In this document: one piece after another, positions 48,796 through 61,061 of the stretch | Numbering within the stretch: position 1 is the first letter of the stretch | Layout: every line of letters begins with the position of its first letter | Source: an uncultured Gammaproteobacteria bacterium | GTDB taxonomy: Bacteria; Pseudomonadota; Gammaproteobacteria; Steroidobacterales; JABDLF01 | Assembly (NCBI GenBank): GCA_963759075.1 | Contig: CAVWXZ010000004.1 | Span: 5,677-69,676 of the forward strand | Direction of reading: 5' to 3' | DNA: 64,000 bases | The notes under the pieces: model-generated | What the model was told of the DNA's origin: nothing | What the model saw: only the letters and a program-made list of their open reading frames with translations | Database searches by the model: none | Program-made: the position numbers and the translations under genes

Positions 48796-50934
48796 TCACA
48801 AAGAATCATGACCTGCGGCGGCTGGCCGCGCGGCTTGCGGCAGCCGTTCCCAGAAGGCCGCGCAGGATAGCTCACCTAAGCGGTAATTTTGAAAAGCGAA
48901 GGGCAATTCCAGGTTGACGTTAGAGGTATCGAAGATCCGCGTCCAGCTGCTGCCGCTCGGATATTCCGGCAGCACGAACTCCACGGGCTCCAGCGATGCA
49001 TTGAACAACAGCAGGTGGATGCCACTGGCCAGCCCGGCCTCGCGGCTGTCGGCCCCCGGCGGCCCCTGATCGATCAGCAGCATGCCCAGCGCGCGCAATT
49101 TGGGGTTGTGCCAGTCTGACATAGCCATCTCGCGGCCGCCTGGATGCAGCCAGCTGACATCCTTGATCGCTGAGATATGCGCCTGCCCTGCAAGCGGCTC
49201 TCCACTCAGGAACGCCTCGCGGCGAAATCCCGGGCTGCGCTTGCGCAGCGCGATGACCAGGCGCGTAAAGGCCAGCAGCGCGTTCCGTTCCGGGCTGGCC
49301 GACCAGTCCAGCCACGAGATTTCATTATCCTGGCAATAGGCGTTGTTGTTACCGTGCTGCGAGTGGCCGAACTCGTCACCAGCGAGTATGTGGGTAACGC
49401 CCTGGGATAAGGCGAGCGTCGCCAGCAGGTTGCGCTTCTGTTTTTCACGCAGTGCGCGAATGCCCGGGTTCTCGGTCTCCCCTTCGGCGCCGTGGTTGGC
49501 CGAAAGGTTGAAGTCGCTGCCGTCCTGGTTGTTTTCGCCGTTCGCAAGATTGTGCTTGCCTGCGTAGCTCACCAGGTCATGGAGGGTAAACCCGTCATGA
49601 CAGGTCACGAAGTTGACGCTGGCCGTGGGCGTTCGTCCGGCATCGCGATACATGTCGCTGGAGCCCGCGATGCGTTCCGCGAATGCGCCGACCGACACGC
49701 CGCGCGTGTTCCAGAATCCGCGCACCGTATCCCGGTAGGCGCCATTAACTTCGCGCCATGGACGAGGAAAGCGGCCCAGCTGGTACCCGTTGGGGCCCAC
49801 GTCCCAGGGCTCCGCAATCAGCTTGATGCGCGACAGGACGGGGTCTGCCGCGATGGCCCGGAAGAAAGCCGACTCCGGATTGAAAGCGCCTGTTTCGTCC
49901 CTGCCAAGGCTGGCCGCGAGGTCGAAACGAAAGCCGTCCACGTGCATCTCATCGACCCAGTAGCGCAGGCACTCGAGGGTGAAAGCGAGCGTGCGTGGAT
50001 GCGCTGTGTTGAGCGCATTGCCGCAGCCGCTGTGATTCTCGTAGTACATCGGCTGGTCTCGCACCAGCCGGTAGGCGGCGGCGTTGTCGAGGCCCTTGAA
50101 CGAAAGCGTGGGACCGCGGTGGTCGCCTTCGGCCGTGTGATTGAGCACGATATCCATAATCACTTCGATGCCTGCGGCATGCAGAGCGCGGACCATGAAT
50201 TTGAATTCCAGCACCGGGTCGCGGACAGCATAGGACGGCTCAGGTGCAAACAGCGCAATGGGGTTATATCCCCAATAGTTGCTGAGGCCACGATCTGTAA
50301 GATGCTGCTCCGACAGGAATGCAGAGCAAGGCATCAGCTGCACGGTGGTGATGCCCAGCTGGCGCAGATGCTCGATGACCCGCCGCTGCGACAAGCCGAG
50401 ATAGCTGCCACGTAGCGACTCATCTATATCCGGGTGCTGGCGTGTGAAGCCCTTTACATGGAGTTCATAGATTACCGTCTGGTTCCACGGAACCTCGGGT
50501 CGAACATCGTCTCGCCAGTCGAAGCGACCATCCACCACAATACTTTTCGCAACATAGGCGGCGCTGTCTTCTTCGAGCGGTCTGGGTTTCTTCTGTTGGG
50601 CAAACGGCTCATACAGCGACCGGTGCCAGGCATGGGTCGCGGATATACTTTTTGCGAAGGGGTCGATGAGCAATTTGGCAGGGTTGTACCAGAGCCCTGC
50701 GGCGGGCTCGAAGGGACCGTCGGCACGGAATCCATACTGGGTGCCCACCGGGCATTCATCGTGTTCCAGCTGCCAGCCACCGTCCTGGGCCCGCTGCATG
50801 GGATGCCGGTGTTCGCCGCCTTGAGCGTCGAAAATGCACAGCCATACCTGCCGGGCGGCCGGTGCCATGACACCGAAGCGTGTGCTCTGGTGGCCATTCA
50901 AACTCACGATGTGTGCGCCCGGACGGGTGGCCAT
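48796..50934 (-). CDS. glgX: Glycogen debranching enzyme
   Basis: IYELHVKG, NYWGY, NHTAEG, DGFRFDLA, AEPWD, CHDGFTL, NNNAYCQDN. Confidence 0.95.
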   Translation of the reverse strand: MATRPGAHIVSLNGHQSTRFGVMAPAARQVWLCIFDAQGGEHRHPMQRAQDGGWQLEHDECPVGTQYGFRADGPFEPAAGLWYNPAKLLIDPFAKSISATHAWHRSLYEPFAQQKKPRPLEEDSAAYVAKSIVVDGRFDWRDDVRPEVPWNQTVIYELHVKGFTRQHPDIDESLRGSYLGLSQRRVIEHLRQLGITTVQLMPCSAFLSEQHLTDRGLSNYWGYNPIALFAPEPSYAVRDPVLEFKFMVRALHAAGIEVIMDIVLNHTAEGDHRGPTLSFKGLDNAAAYRLVRDQPMYYENHSGCGNALNTAHPRTLAFTLECLRYWVDEMHVDGFRFDLAASLGRDETGAFNPESAFFRAIAADPVLSRIKLIAEPWDVGPNGYQLGRFPRPWREVNGAYRDTVRGFWNTRGVSVGAFAERIAGSSDMYRDAGRTPTASVNFVTCHDGFTLHDLVSYAGKHNLANGENNQDGSDFNLSANHGAEGETENPGIRALREKQKRNLLATLALSQGVTHILAGDEFGHSQHGNNNAYCQDNEISWLDWSASPERNALLAFTRLVIALRKRSPGFRREAFLSGEPLAGQAHISAIKDVSWLHPGGREMAMSDWHNPKLRALGMLLIDQGPPGADSREAGLASGIHLLLFNASLEPVEFVLPEYPSGSSWTRIFDTSNVNLELPFAFQNYRLGELSCAAFWERLPQAARPAAAGHDSL

Positions 50935-50995
50935 CAGGGATTGTTCCTTCGGGCGGCACCGCGGCTGCCCGGCACGACTGCAAGCCCGCTTCCCA

Positions 50996-53213
50996 TTACA
51001 CCATCCTGAGCGCTACGGCCCCGAGCGGCGGCAGGTCGAGCTGGATTCGGGCGGGCTGGCCGTGCATGCCTTCTGGCCACGCGTCCAGCTGCGCCTGGCG
51101 ATTGTATTCCGAGCCGCCGTAGTTGGCGCTGTCGCTGTCGAATACCTTCATGTAGGTGCCCGCGGCAGGGACGCCCAACTGGTATCCGTTGTGGGGCACT
51201 GGCGTGAAATTAAAGGCCCACACCAATGGCCTGTTCCGGGACGCAGGCAAGCGCAGAAAAGCATAGACACTTTGCTCGTGGTCCTCGCAGCTGATCCACT
51301 GAAAGCCATCCTGGGTAAAGTCCCGCTCATGCATGGCCGGGTCACTTATCGTAAGGTGATTGAGGTGCTTGCAAAACAGCTGGAGCATGCGGTGCTCCGG
51401 CTGGTCCAGCAGGTCCCAGTCCAATGCCCGGGTTTCACTCCATTCCCGGCGCTGGCCGAACTCCGAGCCCATGAACAGCAGATTCTTGCCCGGATGGGCG
51501 TGCATGAAGCTCAGGTAAAGCCGGAACCCGGCGCGCTTCTGCCAGTCATCGCCGGGCATTTTTTCCAGCAGGGATAGCTTGCCGTGCACGACCTCGTCGT
51601 GCGAAATGGGCAGGACGAACTGCTCACTCCAGGCATACACAAACGAGAACGTGATGAGATGGTGGTCGTGCTTGCGAAACAGCGAATCGGTGGCGGCATA
51701 GCGCAGGGTGTCGTTCATCCAGCCCATGTTCCATTTCAGGTTGAAGCCGAGGCCTCCGTCAGATACGGGCGCGGTGACTTTCGGGATAGGCCGTGGATTC
51801 CTCCGCAATCATCAACACGCCGGGATACTGTTGCGCCACAGTCTGGTTGCACAGCTTGATGAATTCGATGGCCTCGAGATTTTCGCGACCACCGTATCGG
51901 TTCGGCAACCACTCCCCGGGTTCCCGGCTGTAGTCGAGGTAAAGCATGGAGGCGACAGCGTCGACCCGTAGCCCGTCCAGGTGATAACGATCGAGCCAGA
52001 ACAGCGCATTGGCGACCAGGAAATTGCGCACCTCTTTGCGCCCGTAGTTGAAAACCTTGGTGCCCCAGTCGGCGTGTTCGCCCTGACGTGGGTCGGCGTG
52101 CTCGTAGAGACAGGTGCCGTCAAATTCGGCCAGCCCATGCTCGTCGCGTGGAAAATGTCCGGGCACCCAGTCCATGATGACGCCGATGCCTGCCTCGTGG
52201 CACTTGTCGACGAAGGACATGAAATCCTTGGGCGAGCCATGCCGTGAGTTGGGGGCAAAGAAGCCGGTAACCTGGTAGCCCCAGGATCCGTCAAACGGAT
52301 GTTCCGCGAGCCCCATCAGTTCGATATGCGTGTATTCCATCCCCTTTACATACGGGATTAACTCCAGCGCGAGTTGGTGCCAGGTTTTGAAGCCCGGGTC
52401 AGCGCCCGGGTTTCGGCGCCACGAGGCGGGATGAACTTCGTAAATATTCATGGGGCGAGCGCGAAAGTTCTCGCGCGCCCGTTGCTGCAGCCATTGCTCA
52501 TCGTGCCATTCGTAGCCGTCGATGTCGGCGACCACGGAGCAGTTCTCGGGCCGCAGCTGCGCGGCGAAGGCGTAGGGATCGGACTTCAGCAAGGTGCCGC
52601 CGTCACCGGGCTTGATCTCGAACTTGTAAGGTGTGCCGTGCATGACACCGGGCACGAACAATTCCCAGAAGCCAGAAGAACCCATGACCTGCATGGCGTG
52701 CTTCCGGCCGTCCCACTGGTTGAAGGGCCCGACCACTGAGACCCGCTTCGCTGACGGCGCCCAGACCGCAAAGCGGGTGCCCGCGACGCCCTGCTCATGA
52801 GTAAAATGTGCGCCGAGCTTCTCGTAGATCCGGTGATGGTTGCCTTCGCCGAACAGGTACAGGTCGAAATCAGTCAGGCGTGGGGAAAAGAAGTAGGCGT
52901 CGTAGCGGGTCAGCTCATTGCCGTCCGCGTAGGTGACTTGCAGCAGGTAGGGATGTGGCTGCTTGCGGGGGCGAAACACCGCCTCGAAGAGCCCGCCTTC
53001 GTGCAGGCGTTTCAACTCGCGGGGCCTGGGCTGACGCGGTTCCTGCCAGAGCAGCTGCACGCGCACGGCATCCGGTTCCAGCACCCGGACTACCCATGCC
53101 CGCGCGCCGTTCCTGCGCCGGACCTCGTGAAATCCCAGGGCCGAACGGGGCGCCGGATGGTTGGCGCTGACCAGCGACATGATTTCTTCTTTGCTGAGTT
53201 CAAGCTCCGCCAT
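50996..53213 (-). CDS. glgB: 1,4-alpha-glucan branching enzyme, one frameshift near 51790
   Basis: FAVWAP, SWGYQ, DWVPGHF, GLRVDAVASM, AEEST, KWNMGWMND, SHDEVVHGK. Confidence 0.95.
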
Positions 53214-53215
53214 GT

Positions 53216-55711
53216 TCAGCCTTGCCCCTTGGGTTTGCCGGGTACCTGTAGCCCCCAGATTTCCCGCGCGTATTCCGCTACCGAGCGGTCGCTGGAGAAT
53301 TTACCCATGCGTGCAGTATTGAGTATGGCCGAGCGCAGCCACTGCTCCGGCCGTGCATAGAGCGCGTCCACCCGTTCCTGGGCCTCCACGTAAGCGCGAT
53401 AGTCAGCCAGCACCAGGAAATGTTCGCCCGGGTTAAGGAGCGCATCAACAACAGGTTTGAATTCGTCAGCGTTGTAGGGCGAGAAATAACCGGAATTTAT
53501 CAGCTCCAGCACAGATCTGAGCTCAGCATCTTCGGCTGCAATGGCTGCCGGCGCATAGCCAGTTGCACGGCGCGCCTGGGCCTCCTCCGCTGTCAGCCCG
53601 AAAATAAACATGTGCTCGTCACCAATTTCTTCGCGCATCTCGACGTTGGCGCCGTCCAGGGTGCCGATGGTCAGGGCCCCGTTCAGCGCGAGCTTCATGT
53701 TGCCAGTTCCAGACGCCTCCATACCGGCCGTGGAGATCTGCTCCGAGAGATCCGCAGCGGGAATGATCGTCTGCGCAAGCGTGACGCTGTAGTTTGGAAT
53801 GAACACCACCTTAAGCTTGTCGGCCACCCGCGGGTCCGCGTTGATGATTGTGGCAACGTTGTTAATCAGCTTGATGATGTGCTTGGCCATGACGTAACCG
53901 GGCGCGGCCTTGCCCGAAAAAATGACGGTCCTTGACTGACTGACGGCGTCGGGGTCGGCAATAATCTTCTGGTAGCGGGTGACGACATAGAGCAGGTTCA
54001 GCAGCTGTCTCTTGTACTCATGAATCCGCTTGATCTGCACGTCAAACAGGGAGTGCGGGTTTATTTCGATGTTCAGGTTTTTCTTCACCAGGGCGGCAAG
54101 GGCCTCCTTATTGGCCAGCTTGACGGCCGCAAAGGCCTTCCGGAAAGACTCATCTTCCGCCGCTGATTCAAGGGTCTTGAGTTGTCCAAGATCATTCTCC
54201 CAACCGCTGCCGACGCGCTCGGCAATGAGCCGCGCGAGGCGTGGATTGGCAAGTTTGAGCCAGCGCCGGGGCGTGACGCCATTGGTGACGTTGGTAAAGC
54301 GCTCCGGGAACAGCTCGAAGAAATCCTGGAAGATGGTTTCTCTCATCAGTCGCGAATGCAATTCCGCGACGCCATTAATCGTGTGGCTGCCCACGATGGC
54401 GAGGAAGGCCATGCGCACGGTGCGCACCCCGTCCTCCCGGATAAGCGACATGCGTTGCAGGCGCAGCGTGTCCCCCGGGAACTGACTGTCTACAAGAGTC
54501 AGGAGATCGCGGTTGATGCGATAGATGACGTGTAGCAGCCGCGGCAGCAGTTTTTCGAACAGGCTGACCGGCCAGACCTCGAGGGCCTCTGGCAACAGCG
54601 TGTGATTGGTATAGCTGAAAACTTTTTGTGTGATCGACCAGGCTTGCTCCCAGCTCTGTTCGTACTCGTCGGTGAGGATGCGCATGAGCTCCGGGATCGC
54701 CAGCGCCGGATGGGTATCGTTCAGCTGGATCGCTACCTTGTCAGGGAGCTGCGCCAGGTCCTCGTGCGCGTCCAGGAAGTCACGCAGGATGTCCTGCAGG
54801 CTGGCGCTCACGAAAAAATATTGCTGGGCGAGTCGCAGTTCCTTGCCCTGGGGCGTCGTGTCGTCCGGATACAGGATCCGCGAGAGGTTCTTGGCGTTGA
54901 CCTGGTCCTCGACCGCTTTGGCATAATTGCCCGCATTAAACTCCGCGAGCTTGAACGGTTCCATGGCGCGCGCGCCCCAGAGTCGCAGGTGATTCACCGT
55001 TTCGCCGTCATTGCCCGGCACCGGCGTGTCGTAGGCCAGCGCAACCACAGGTCGCGTGTCCAGCCAGCTTATCCGGGTTTTGCCGGATTCGTCCTTATTG
55101 CTCTGGACCCGCCCGCCGAAATGCACGGTGTAATAGCGCGACATACGCCGCAGTTCCCAGATGTTCTGATAGTGAAGCCACTTGTTGGCCTCTTCTGTCT
55201 GCGCGCCCTGTGCATTGAACTTCTGGGTAAAGATGCCGTAGTCATAGCGAATGCCATAACCGAAACCCGGCAGTCCGAGCGTCGCCATGGAGTCCAGGTA
55301 ACACGCGGCGAGGCGACCAAGACCGCCGTTGCCAAGGCCCGCATCAACCTCCTGCGACTCCAGTTCTTCGAGATCCTGACCAAGGCCGGCAAATGCGGTG
55401 GTGACCTCGTCGTCGAGATTGAGATTCAGGATCGCGTTCCCGAAGCTCCTGCCAATAAGAAATTCAAGCGATAGATAGTAAACCTTCTTGGGATCAGTAT
55501 CCCGGTATTGGTCCTGGCTTTTGAGCCAGCGCCTGGACAGGTGATCGCGCATGGCAAACGCGCCTGCCCGATACCATTTGCGGGCATCGGCGCCACTCGG
55601 ATGGACACCGATCTCGAGGGCGAGATTATCGACGACCCGCTGAGCAATACTCTCGCTGTCCGTGGCTAACTGACTTGGCTCAGGTTCGTTCTTGTAAGAT
55701 TTCGAAGACAT
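53216..55711 (-). CDS. glgP: Glycogen/maltodextrin phosphorylase
   Basis: GLGNGGLGRLAAC, QLNDTHP, KRIHEYKRQ, EASGTGNMK. Confidence 0.96.
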   Translation of the reverse strand: MSSKSYKNEPEPSQLATDSESIAQRVVDNLALEIGVHPSGADARKWYRAGAFAMRDHLSRRWLKSQDQYRDTDPKKVYYLSLEFLIGRSFGNAILNLNLDDEVTTAFAGLGQDLEELESQEVDAGLGNGGLGRLAACYLDSMATLGLPGFGYGIRYDYGIFTQKFNAQGAQTEEANKWLHYQNIWELRRMSRYYTVHFGGRVQSNKDESGKTRISWLDTRPVVALAYDTPVPGNDGETVNHLRLWGARAMEPFKLAEFNAGNYAKAVEDQVNAKNLSRILYPDDTTPQGKELRLAQQYFFVSASLQDILRDFLDAHEDLAQLPDKVAIQLNDTHPALAIPELMRILTDEYEQSWEQAWSITQKVFSYTNHTLLPEALEVWPVSLFEKLLPRLLHVIYRINRDLLTLVDSQFPGDTLRLQRMSLIREDGVRTVRMAFLAIVGSHTINGVAELHSRLMRETIFQDFFELFPERFTNVTNGVTPRRWLKLANPRLARLIAERVGSGWENDLGQLKTLESAAEDESFRKAFAAVKLANKEALAALVKKNLNIEINPHSLFDVQIKRIHEYKRQLLNLLYVVTRYQKIIADPDAVSQSRTVIFSGKAAPGYVMAKHIIKLINNVATIINADPRVADKLKVVFIPNYSVTLAQTIIPAADLSEQISTAGMEASGTGNMKLALNGALTIGTLDGANVEMREEIGDEHMFIFGLTAEEAQARRATGYAPAAIAAEDAELRSVLELINSGYFSPYNADEFKPVVDALLNPGEHFLVLADYRAYVEAQERVDALYARPEQWLRSAILNTARMGKFSSDRSVAEYAREIWGLQVPGKPKGQG

Positions 55712-55852
55712 GTTATTCAGACGCTCTTGGTGTGATGCAGTTGCTTTGTCTCAATCATAATCTGTGAGTTGTGGTGAAACGCATTGAGCGCGCTCACTCA
55801 GTCCGACCAGCCTGGTGCAGCATAAGTGCTGCGGATCCCTCATCCGGTTTGC

Positions 55853-56818
55853 TCATGTAAGCGAGTCCCTGTGCAGCGCCGCGCAGCCCAGCAACCCCGG
55901 GAACGGTTCCTTGACAACCAGGGTTGGCATATTCGCAACGTATTGACTGAAGCGCCCCTTCGATTCAAACCTGGCGCGGAAGTCGCTGACCTGTATCTGC
56001 GTCAGCAGCTTCGGAACGATTCCGCCAGCAATGTACACGCCGCCTTCAGCACCGACGGCGAGCGCCAGGTCGCCGGCCACGCTGCCCAGTATGCCGAAGA
56101 ATCTCTGCAGGGCTTCCTGGCAGGTTTCGCAACTGCCATCCAGTGCGCGGGCGCTTACCTCGTCCGGGCGCAACGGCTCAATCGCCCGGTTTCGCAATAC
56201 GGCAATGGTCTCGTAAAGGGTCGCCAGACCCGGTCCCGACAGGAGCCGCTCCACCGATACCCGATCGAACTTATTGAGTAGCAACTCCAGAATGCTGAGC
56301 TCCACTTTGTCGGACGGCGCAAATCCGATGTGCCCGCCTTCGGTCTGCAGTGCGACAGGCCTGCCGTCCGCGAAAACCAGCACCGAAACACCGAGCCCGG
56401 TGCCCGGCCCCAGTACCACCGCCGGCGCGCCCGGCTTGCGCCGCCCGCCACCTATTGAGTGCAGCTGTTCAGCGGAAATTTCTGGAATAGATCTCGCCAC
56501 TGCCTTGAAGTCATTGACGACAAGGAGATCGTCAAGGTTCAGCGATTCGCGTAAACGACTGGTCGAGAATGACCATGCCAGATTGGTCATAGTGACCCGG
56601 TCGTGGTCCACGGGCGCGGCTATAGCAAGGCAGGCGGACGCCGGACGCGCTACGCCCTCGGGCAAAGTCTGGAAGTAAGCTGCCACCGCCGCCTCCAGGC
56701 TGGCGTAGTCGTGCCCCTTCAGGCACACCAGGTGCGCATGCGTGAGTTCGCCGCGCCGCGCCAGCGCGAAGCGCGCATTGGTCCCGCCAATGTCACCAAG
56801 TAAGACTGTCTCAGACAC
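55853..56818 (-). CDS. glk: Glucokinase
   Basis: [39 protein letters not shown]. Confidence 0.95.
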   Translation of the reverse strand: MSETVLLGDIGGTNARFALARRGELTHAHLVCLKGHDYASLEAAVAAYFQTLPEGVARPASACLAIAAPVDHDRVTMTNLAWSFSTSRLRESLNLDDLLVVNDFKAVARSIPEISAEQLHSIGGGRRKPGAPAVVLGPGTGLGVSVLVFADGRPVALQTEGGHIGFAPSDKVELSILELLLNKFDRVSVERLLSGPGLATLYETIAVLRNRAIEPLRPDEVSARALDGSCETCQEALQRFFGILGSVAGDLALAVGAEGGVYIAGGIVPKLLTQIQVSDFRARFESKGRFSQYVANMPTLVVKEPFPGLLGCAALHRDSLT

Positions 56819-58642
56819 GCCGCACCTCATCAGTACCAAACAGGCTGCAGGCGCCCTCCTCTGAGCTGCCTACCGAGTTTCTCATTAAAGCAAACAGCTC
56901 GCGCCCGGTGCCGCGGTGGGCTGCACGGAGATCAGCAACAGCCGGTTCGCGCGCCGCCAGTTGCGCCGCATCCACTTTGACCTCGAGCTGGCCCTGGTCG
57001 AGATCCAGACGGATCAGATCGCCGTCGCGGATCCGCCCGATGGGGCCACCGCATGCGGCCTCGGGTGACAGGTGGATCGCGGCAGGCACTTTGCCGGATG
57101 CACCGGACATGCGGCCATCAGTGACCAGTGCCACCTTAAAGCCCCGGTCCTGGAGCACGCCGAGATAAGGGGTGAGCTTGTGCAACTCGGGCATCCCGTT
57201 GGCCTGCGGTCCCTGGAAGCGAACCACCGCAATCAGGTCCTGATCCAGCTCGCCATTTTCAAAGGCGACTCTGATTTCGTTCTGGTCAGCAAACACCCGG
57301 GCAGGCGCTTCGACAATGCGATGCTGTGCGCTGACCGCCGAGGTTTTGGTAACACCACGGCCGAGGTTGCCCTTAATCAGCCTTATTCCACCGCCCGGAT
57401 CAAAGGGTTCTGCGATACCTCGCAGGATGTCGCGGTCGCCGCTGGCCAGTGGCCCCTCGCGCCAGGTCAGCACCTCGCCGTTCAGTTCCGGAACCCTGGT
57501 GTAGTTTGCGAGGCCCCGCCCGACAACGGTCGGGACATCTGCGTGCAGGAGCCCCGCTTGCAGCAATTCTCTGATCAGAAAAGCCATGCCTCCGGCCGCA
57601 TGGAAGTGGTTTACGTCCGCTGAGCCATTGGGGTAAATGCGGGTCAGCAAAGGCACCGCGGCGGACAGGTCGTCGAAGTCCTGCCAGTCAATGATGATGC
57701 CGGCTGCGCGCGCAATCGCCACGATGTGCAAGGTGTGATTGGTCGAGCCACCCGTCGCCAGCAGACCCACGATGCCATTCACGACAGATTTTTCGCTGAC
57801 CAGATCTGCGAGCGGCGTATAGCCGTCGCTGGTGGCCGTCAGCCTGGTGACCTGCTTCGCTGCTTCCCGGGTCAGCGCGTTGCGCAGGGGCGTGTTGGGG
57901 TTTACAAAAGAAGCCCCCGGAAGGTGGAGGCCCATGACCTCCATCAACATCTGATTGGTATTGGCGGTGCCGTAGAAAGTGCAGGTGCCGGGTGCGTGGT
58001 AGGAACGCGACTCCGCCTCCAGCAGTTCGTCTCTGCCAACTTTGCCTTCGGCATACTGCTGCCGGATCGACTGCTTCTCTTTGTTCGGCAGCCCTGACGG
58101 CATTGGTCCGCCCGGCACGAATATCACCGGCAGGTGACCAAAGCTCAGTGCGCCGATCAGGAGCCCTGGCACGATCTTGTCGCAGACGCCGAGACACAGT
58201 GCCGCATCGAACATGTTGTGCGACAAAGCCACGGCCGTGGCGAGGGCAATCGTGTCGCGGCTGAACAGGCTGAGCTCCATGCCCGGCTGACCCTGTGTGA
58301 CGCCGTCACACATCGCAGGGACGCCGCCTGCGAACTGAGCGGTGCACCCGACCTGGCGCGCCGCCTCCTTAATAATAAATGGAAATCCGTTCAGCGGCTG
58401 ATGCGCTGAGAGCATGTCGTTGTAAGACGAAACGATTGCGATGTTTGCCGAATCGAGCCGCCTGATCACTGCCTTGTCCTTGTCGTCTGCCGCGCAAACC
58501 CGTGGGCCAGGTTGCCGCAGGACAGGCTGGAACGGTCACCACCCGTGCGCCTGGCTTCGGCCATGCGTTCCAGGTAATCAGATCGTTCCTGACTACTGCG
58601 CCTGATAACGCGTTCTGTGACCTTTTCAATCGTCGCATTCAT
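56811..58642 (-). CDS. edd: Phosphogluconate dehydratase, frameshifted N-terminus
   Basis: [47 protein letters not shown]; N-terminal [19 protein letters not shown] in other frames. Confidence 0.95.
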
Positions 58643-58654
58643 TGGTTTTATATC

Positions 58655-59352
58655 CTAGGGCGCCCAGTACACTTCAACCGGTACCCGCTGCTGCTTCAGC
58701 ACGCCACGAACCGGCATGTCTTCCGCCGGTCCGTCCTCCAGTGCAGCATTCAAGACGACGCGCTTCGTCTGCGCCCATAATCAGCAGGCAAATCAGCTCG
58801 CTGTCCAGCAGGCAGGCAAGGCTCAGGCTCATGCGCGCCTGTGCAGTCGATCGGGTGGGCTGCCGACCAACGCAGCCCGTTGCGTTCAGCCGCGGCCGCG
58901 AGGCCCGGGTCGTCCGGAAACAGTGACGCGGTGTGGCCGTCGCTACCCATGCCCAGCAAGACGACCGCTGCAGGCCAGTGACAGGCTGCCAGGCGCTGCT
59001 CGCAGGCGGCCAGGCCTGCTTCGGGTGATTGTGCTCGCGTTTTCAGGCCCACGAAATCTGCCTGCCGGGCGCGGTTCCTGAGCAAGGCTTTCTGATCATG
59101 CGTTCGTTGCTGTCGGCGTCATCGGGGTCCACCCAACGTTCGTCCGAGAGCGTCAAAGTGACGGCTGACCAGTCTATATTGGCCGCCGAGAGCCGTTCGT
59201 AAACGCCCGCAGGCGTCGTGCCGCCAGACAGCACAGCAGGTTGCGCCCTGCCCGCCCGGGCTCGGCTGTCGAGTTGCGCGTCAATTCTCTTCGACAGCGC
59301 GTGTTCACAGGCTGTGCGATCCGGCGAATTCGAGTATAAGCGGTGGCGCCAT
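58655..59352 (-). CDS. pgl: 6-phosphogluconolactonase, several frameshifts
   Basis: LSGGTTP, DERWV...SN, LGMGSDGHTASLFP, terminal PVEVYWAP; start approximate. Confidence 0.88.
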
Positions 59353-59385
59353 GACCGTGCGCCGGTATCTCTTCGGTCACGCACA

Positions 59386-60889
59386 TCACAGAAAACGCTC
59401 CTCGGGTGGGCCCCAGGTCCTGCCGTCGCGGCGAATCAGCTTGTCCGCGGCGTCGGGCCCCCAGGTGCCCGCAGCATACGCGAGTGGTTTATCGCCGGAG
59501 GTTTTCCATGCGCCGATGATCCCGTCGATCCAGCGCCATGCCTCTTCGACCTCGTCACCTCTTACGAACAGGGTCGGATCGTTGCGCAGCACGTCGAGCA
59601 GCAGGCGCGCGTACGCGCCCGGCGTGCGCGGCAGGTTGAAAGCTTCCTTGAAATTCAGGTTAAGGGAAACCGGCTTGAGCTGAATGCCCTCGGCTAGGCC
59701 CGGGACCTTGTTCATCAGCATCAGCATGATGGTTTCTTCCGGCTGCAGGCGCAGGACGAGTCTGTTGGCCGCCTGATTGTCGGTCAGTTCACCGCCAAAA
59801 ATAGAATGCGGCACGTTCCTGAACTGGATCACCACCTCGGAAAACTTCACCGGCAGGTTCTTGCCGGTGCGCAGGTAGAAAGGCACACCAGACCAGCGCC
59901 AGTTATCGACAAATGCGCGCAATGCGACAAACGTTTCGGTCGTGCTCTCGCGCAGATCATCGTGACCATCGAGGTAGCCCGGGCACCTGCTGGCCGTTAT
60001 TAAAGCCGCTGGCATACTGACCGCGCACTGTGTCACGCGCGACCGTGTCGGAATCAAAACGGCGCAGGGATCGCAGGACTTTGAGCTTTTCGTCGCGCAC
60101 CGCATCGGGATCCATGCTGCCCGGCACCTCCATCGCCAGCAGGCACAGCAGTTGCAGCAGGTGATTCTGCACCATGTCGCGCATGGCGCCGAAGTTGTCG
60201 TAGTAGCCGGAACGTCCTTCGACACCGATGGTTTCCGAGACCGTGATCTGCACGTGATCTATGCCGCCGGCATTCCACACCGGCTCAAACATCCTGTTGG
60301 CAAAGCGCAGCGCCAGGAGATTCTGAACTGTTTCCTTACCCAGATAGTGATCAATGCGAAAAATCTGTCGTTCCGGGAAAAACTGCGTGACCTGTCGGTT
60401 GATGAGTTGCGACGAAGCCAGATCGTGACCGAGCGGCTTTTCCAGCACCACTCGGCTGTGATCATCCACCAGTCCTGTTTCCGACAGATTCCGGCAAATT
60501 GCCGAGAACAGCGTGGGCGGCGTCGCCAGGTAGTAAACGGTGTTGCACGCCGACTCGGCGCCACCGCAGGCACTGACCAGTGCCGTAAACTTGCTCTTGT
60601 CTGTGGCGTCAATCTCAAGGTACGTGATTTTCTGCGCCAGGGCTTCCCACACCGCTGAATCATAGTCGGCATCGGGCAGGTAATTGCGCAGGCTTTCCCC
60701 AGCGTGCTCGAGATAGGCCTCGCTCGTCATCGCAGTCCGTGCCGCCGCGATAATCCGCCCCGCGCGCACCAGCCGGCCATCCCGCTCGAGATAAAACAGT
60801 GCGGGCAGGAGTTTGCGCAATGCAAGGTCGCCGTTGCCGCCAAATATGACCAGGTTGCAGGCCTGCCCGGCGCCCATCAGCCCGCGCAC
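59386..60889 (-). CDS. zwf: Glucose-6-phosphate 1-dehydrogenase, one frameshift near 59985
   Basis: GDLALRKL, EKPLG, RIDHYLGKE, DMVQNH, NWRWSGVPFYLRTGK. Confidence 0.96.
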
Positions 60890-61061
60890 CTTGCGAATAG
60901 CGCACAGCCGATCGGCAGAGATTTCTTGCAGTAAAGTGCCATCATTTCTTGCTGGAATGCCTGATCGCGAAGCTGCGAAGTATACCTAAGCCGGGCGCAA
61001 CGCTCAGGTATGAAAATGTCCGGCAGGACATTGTGGCCCATTCTGTCGGGGCCTGGCTGGC

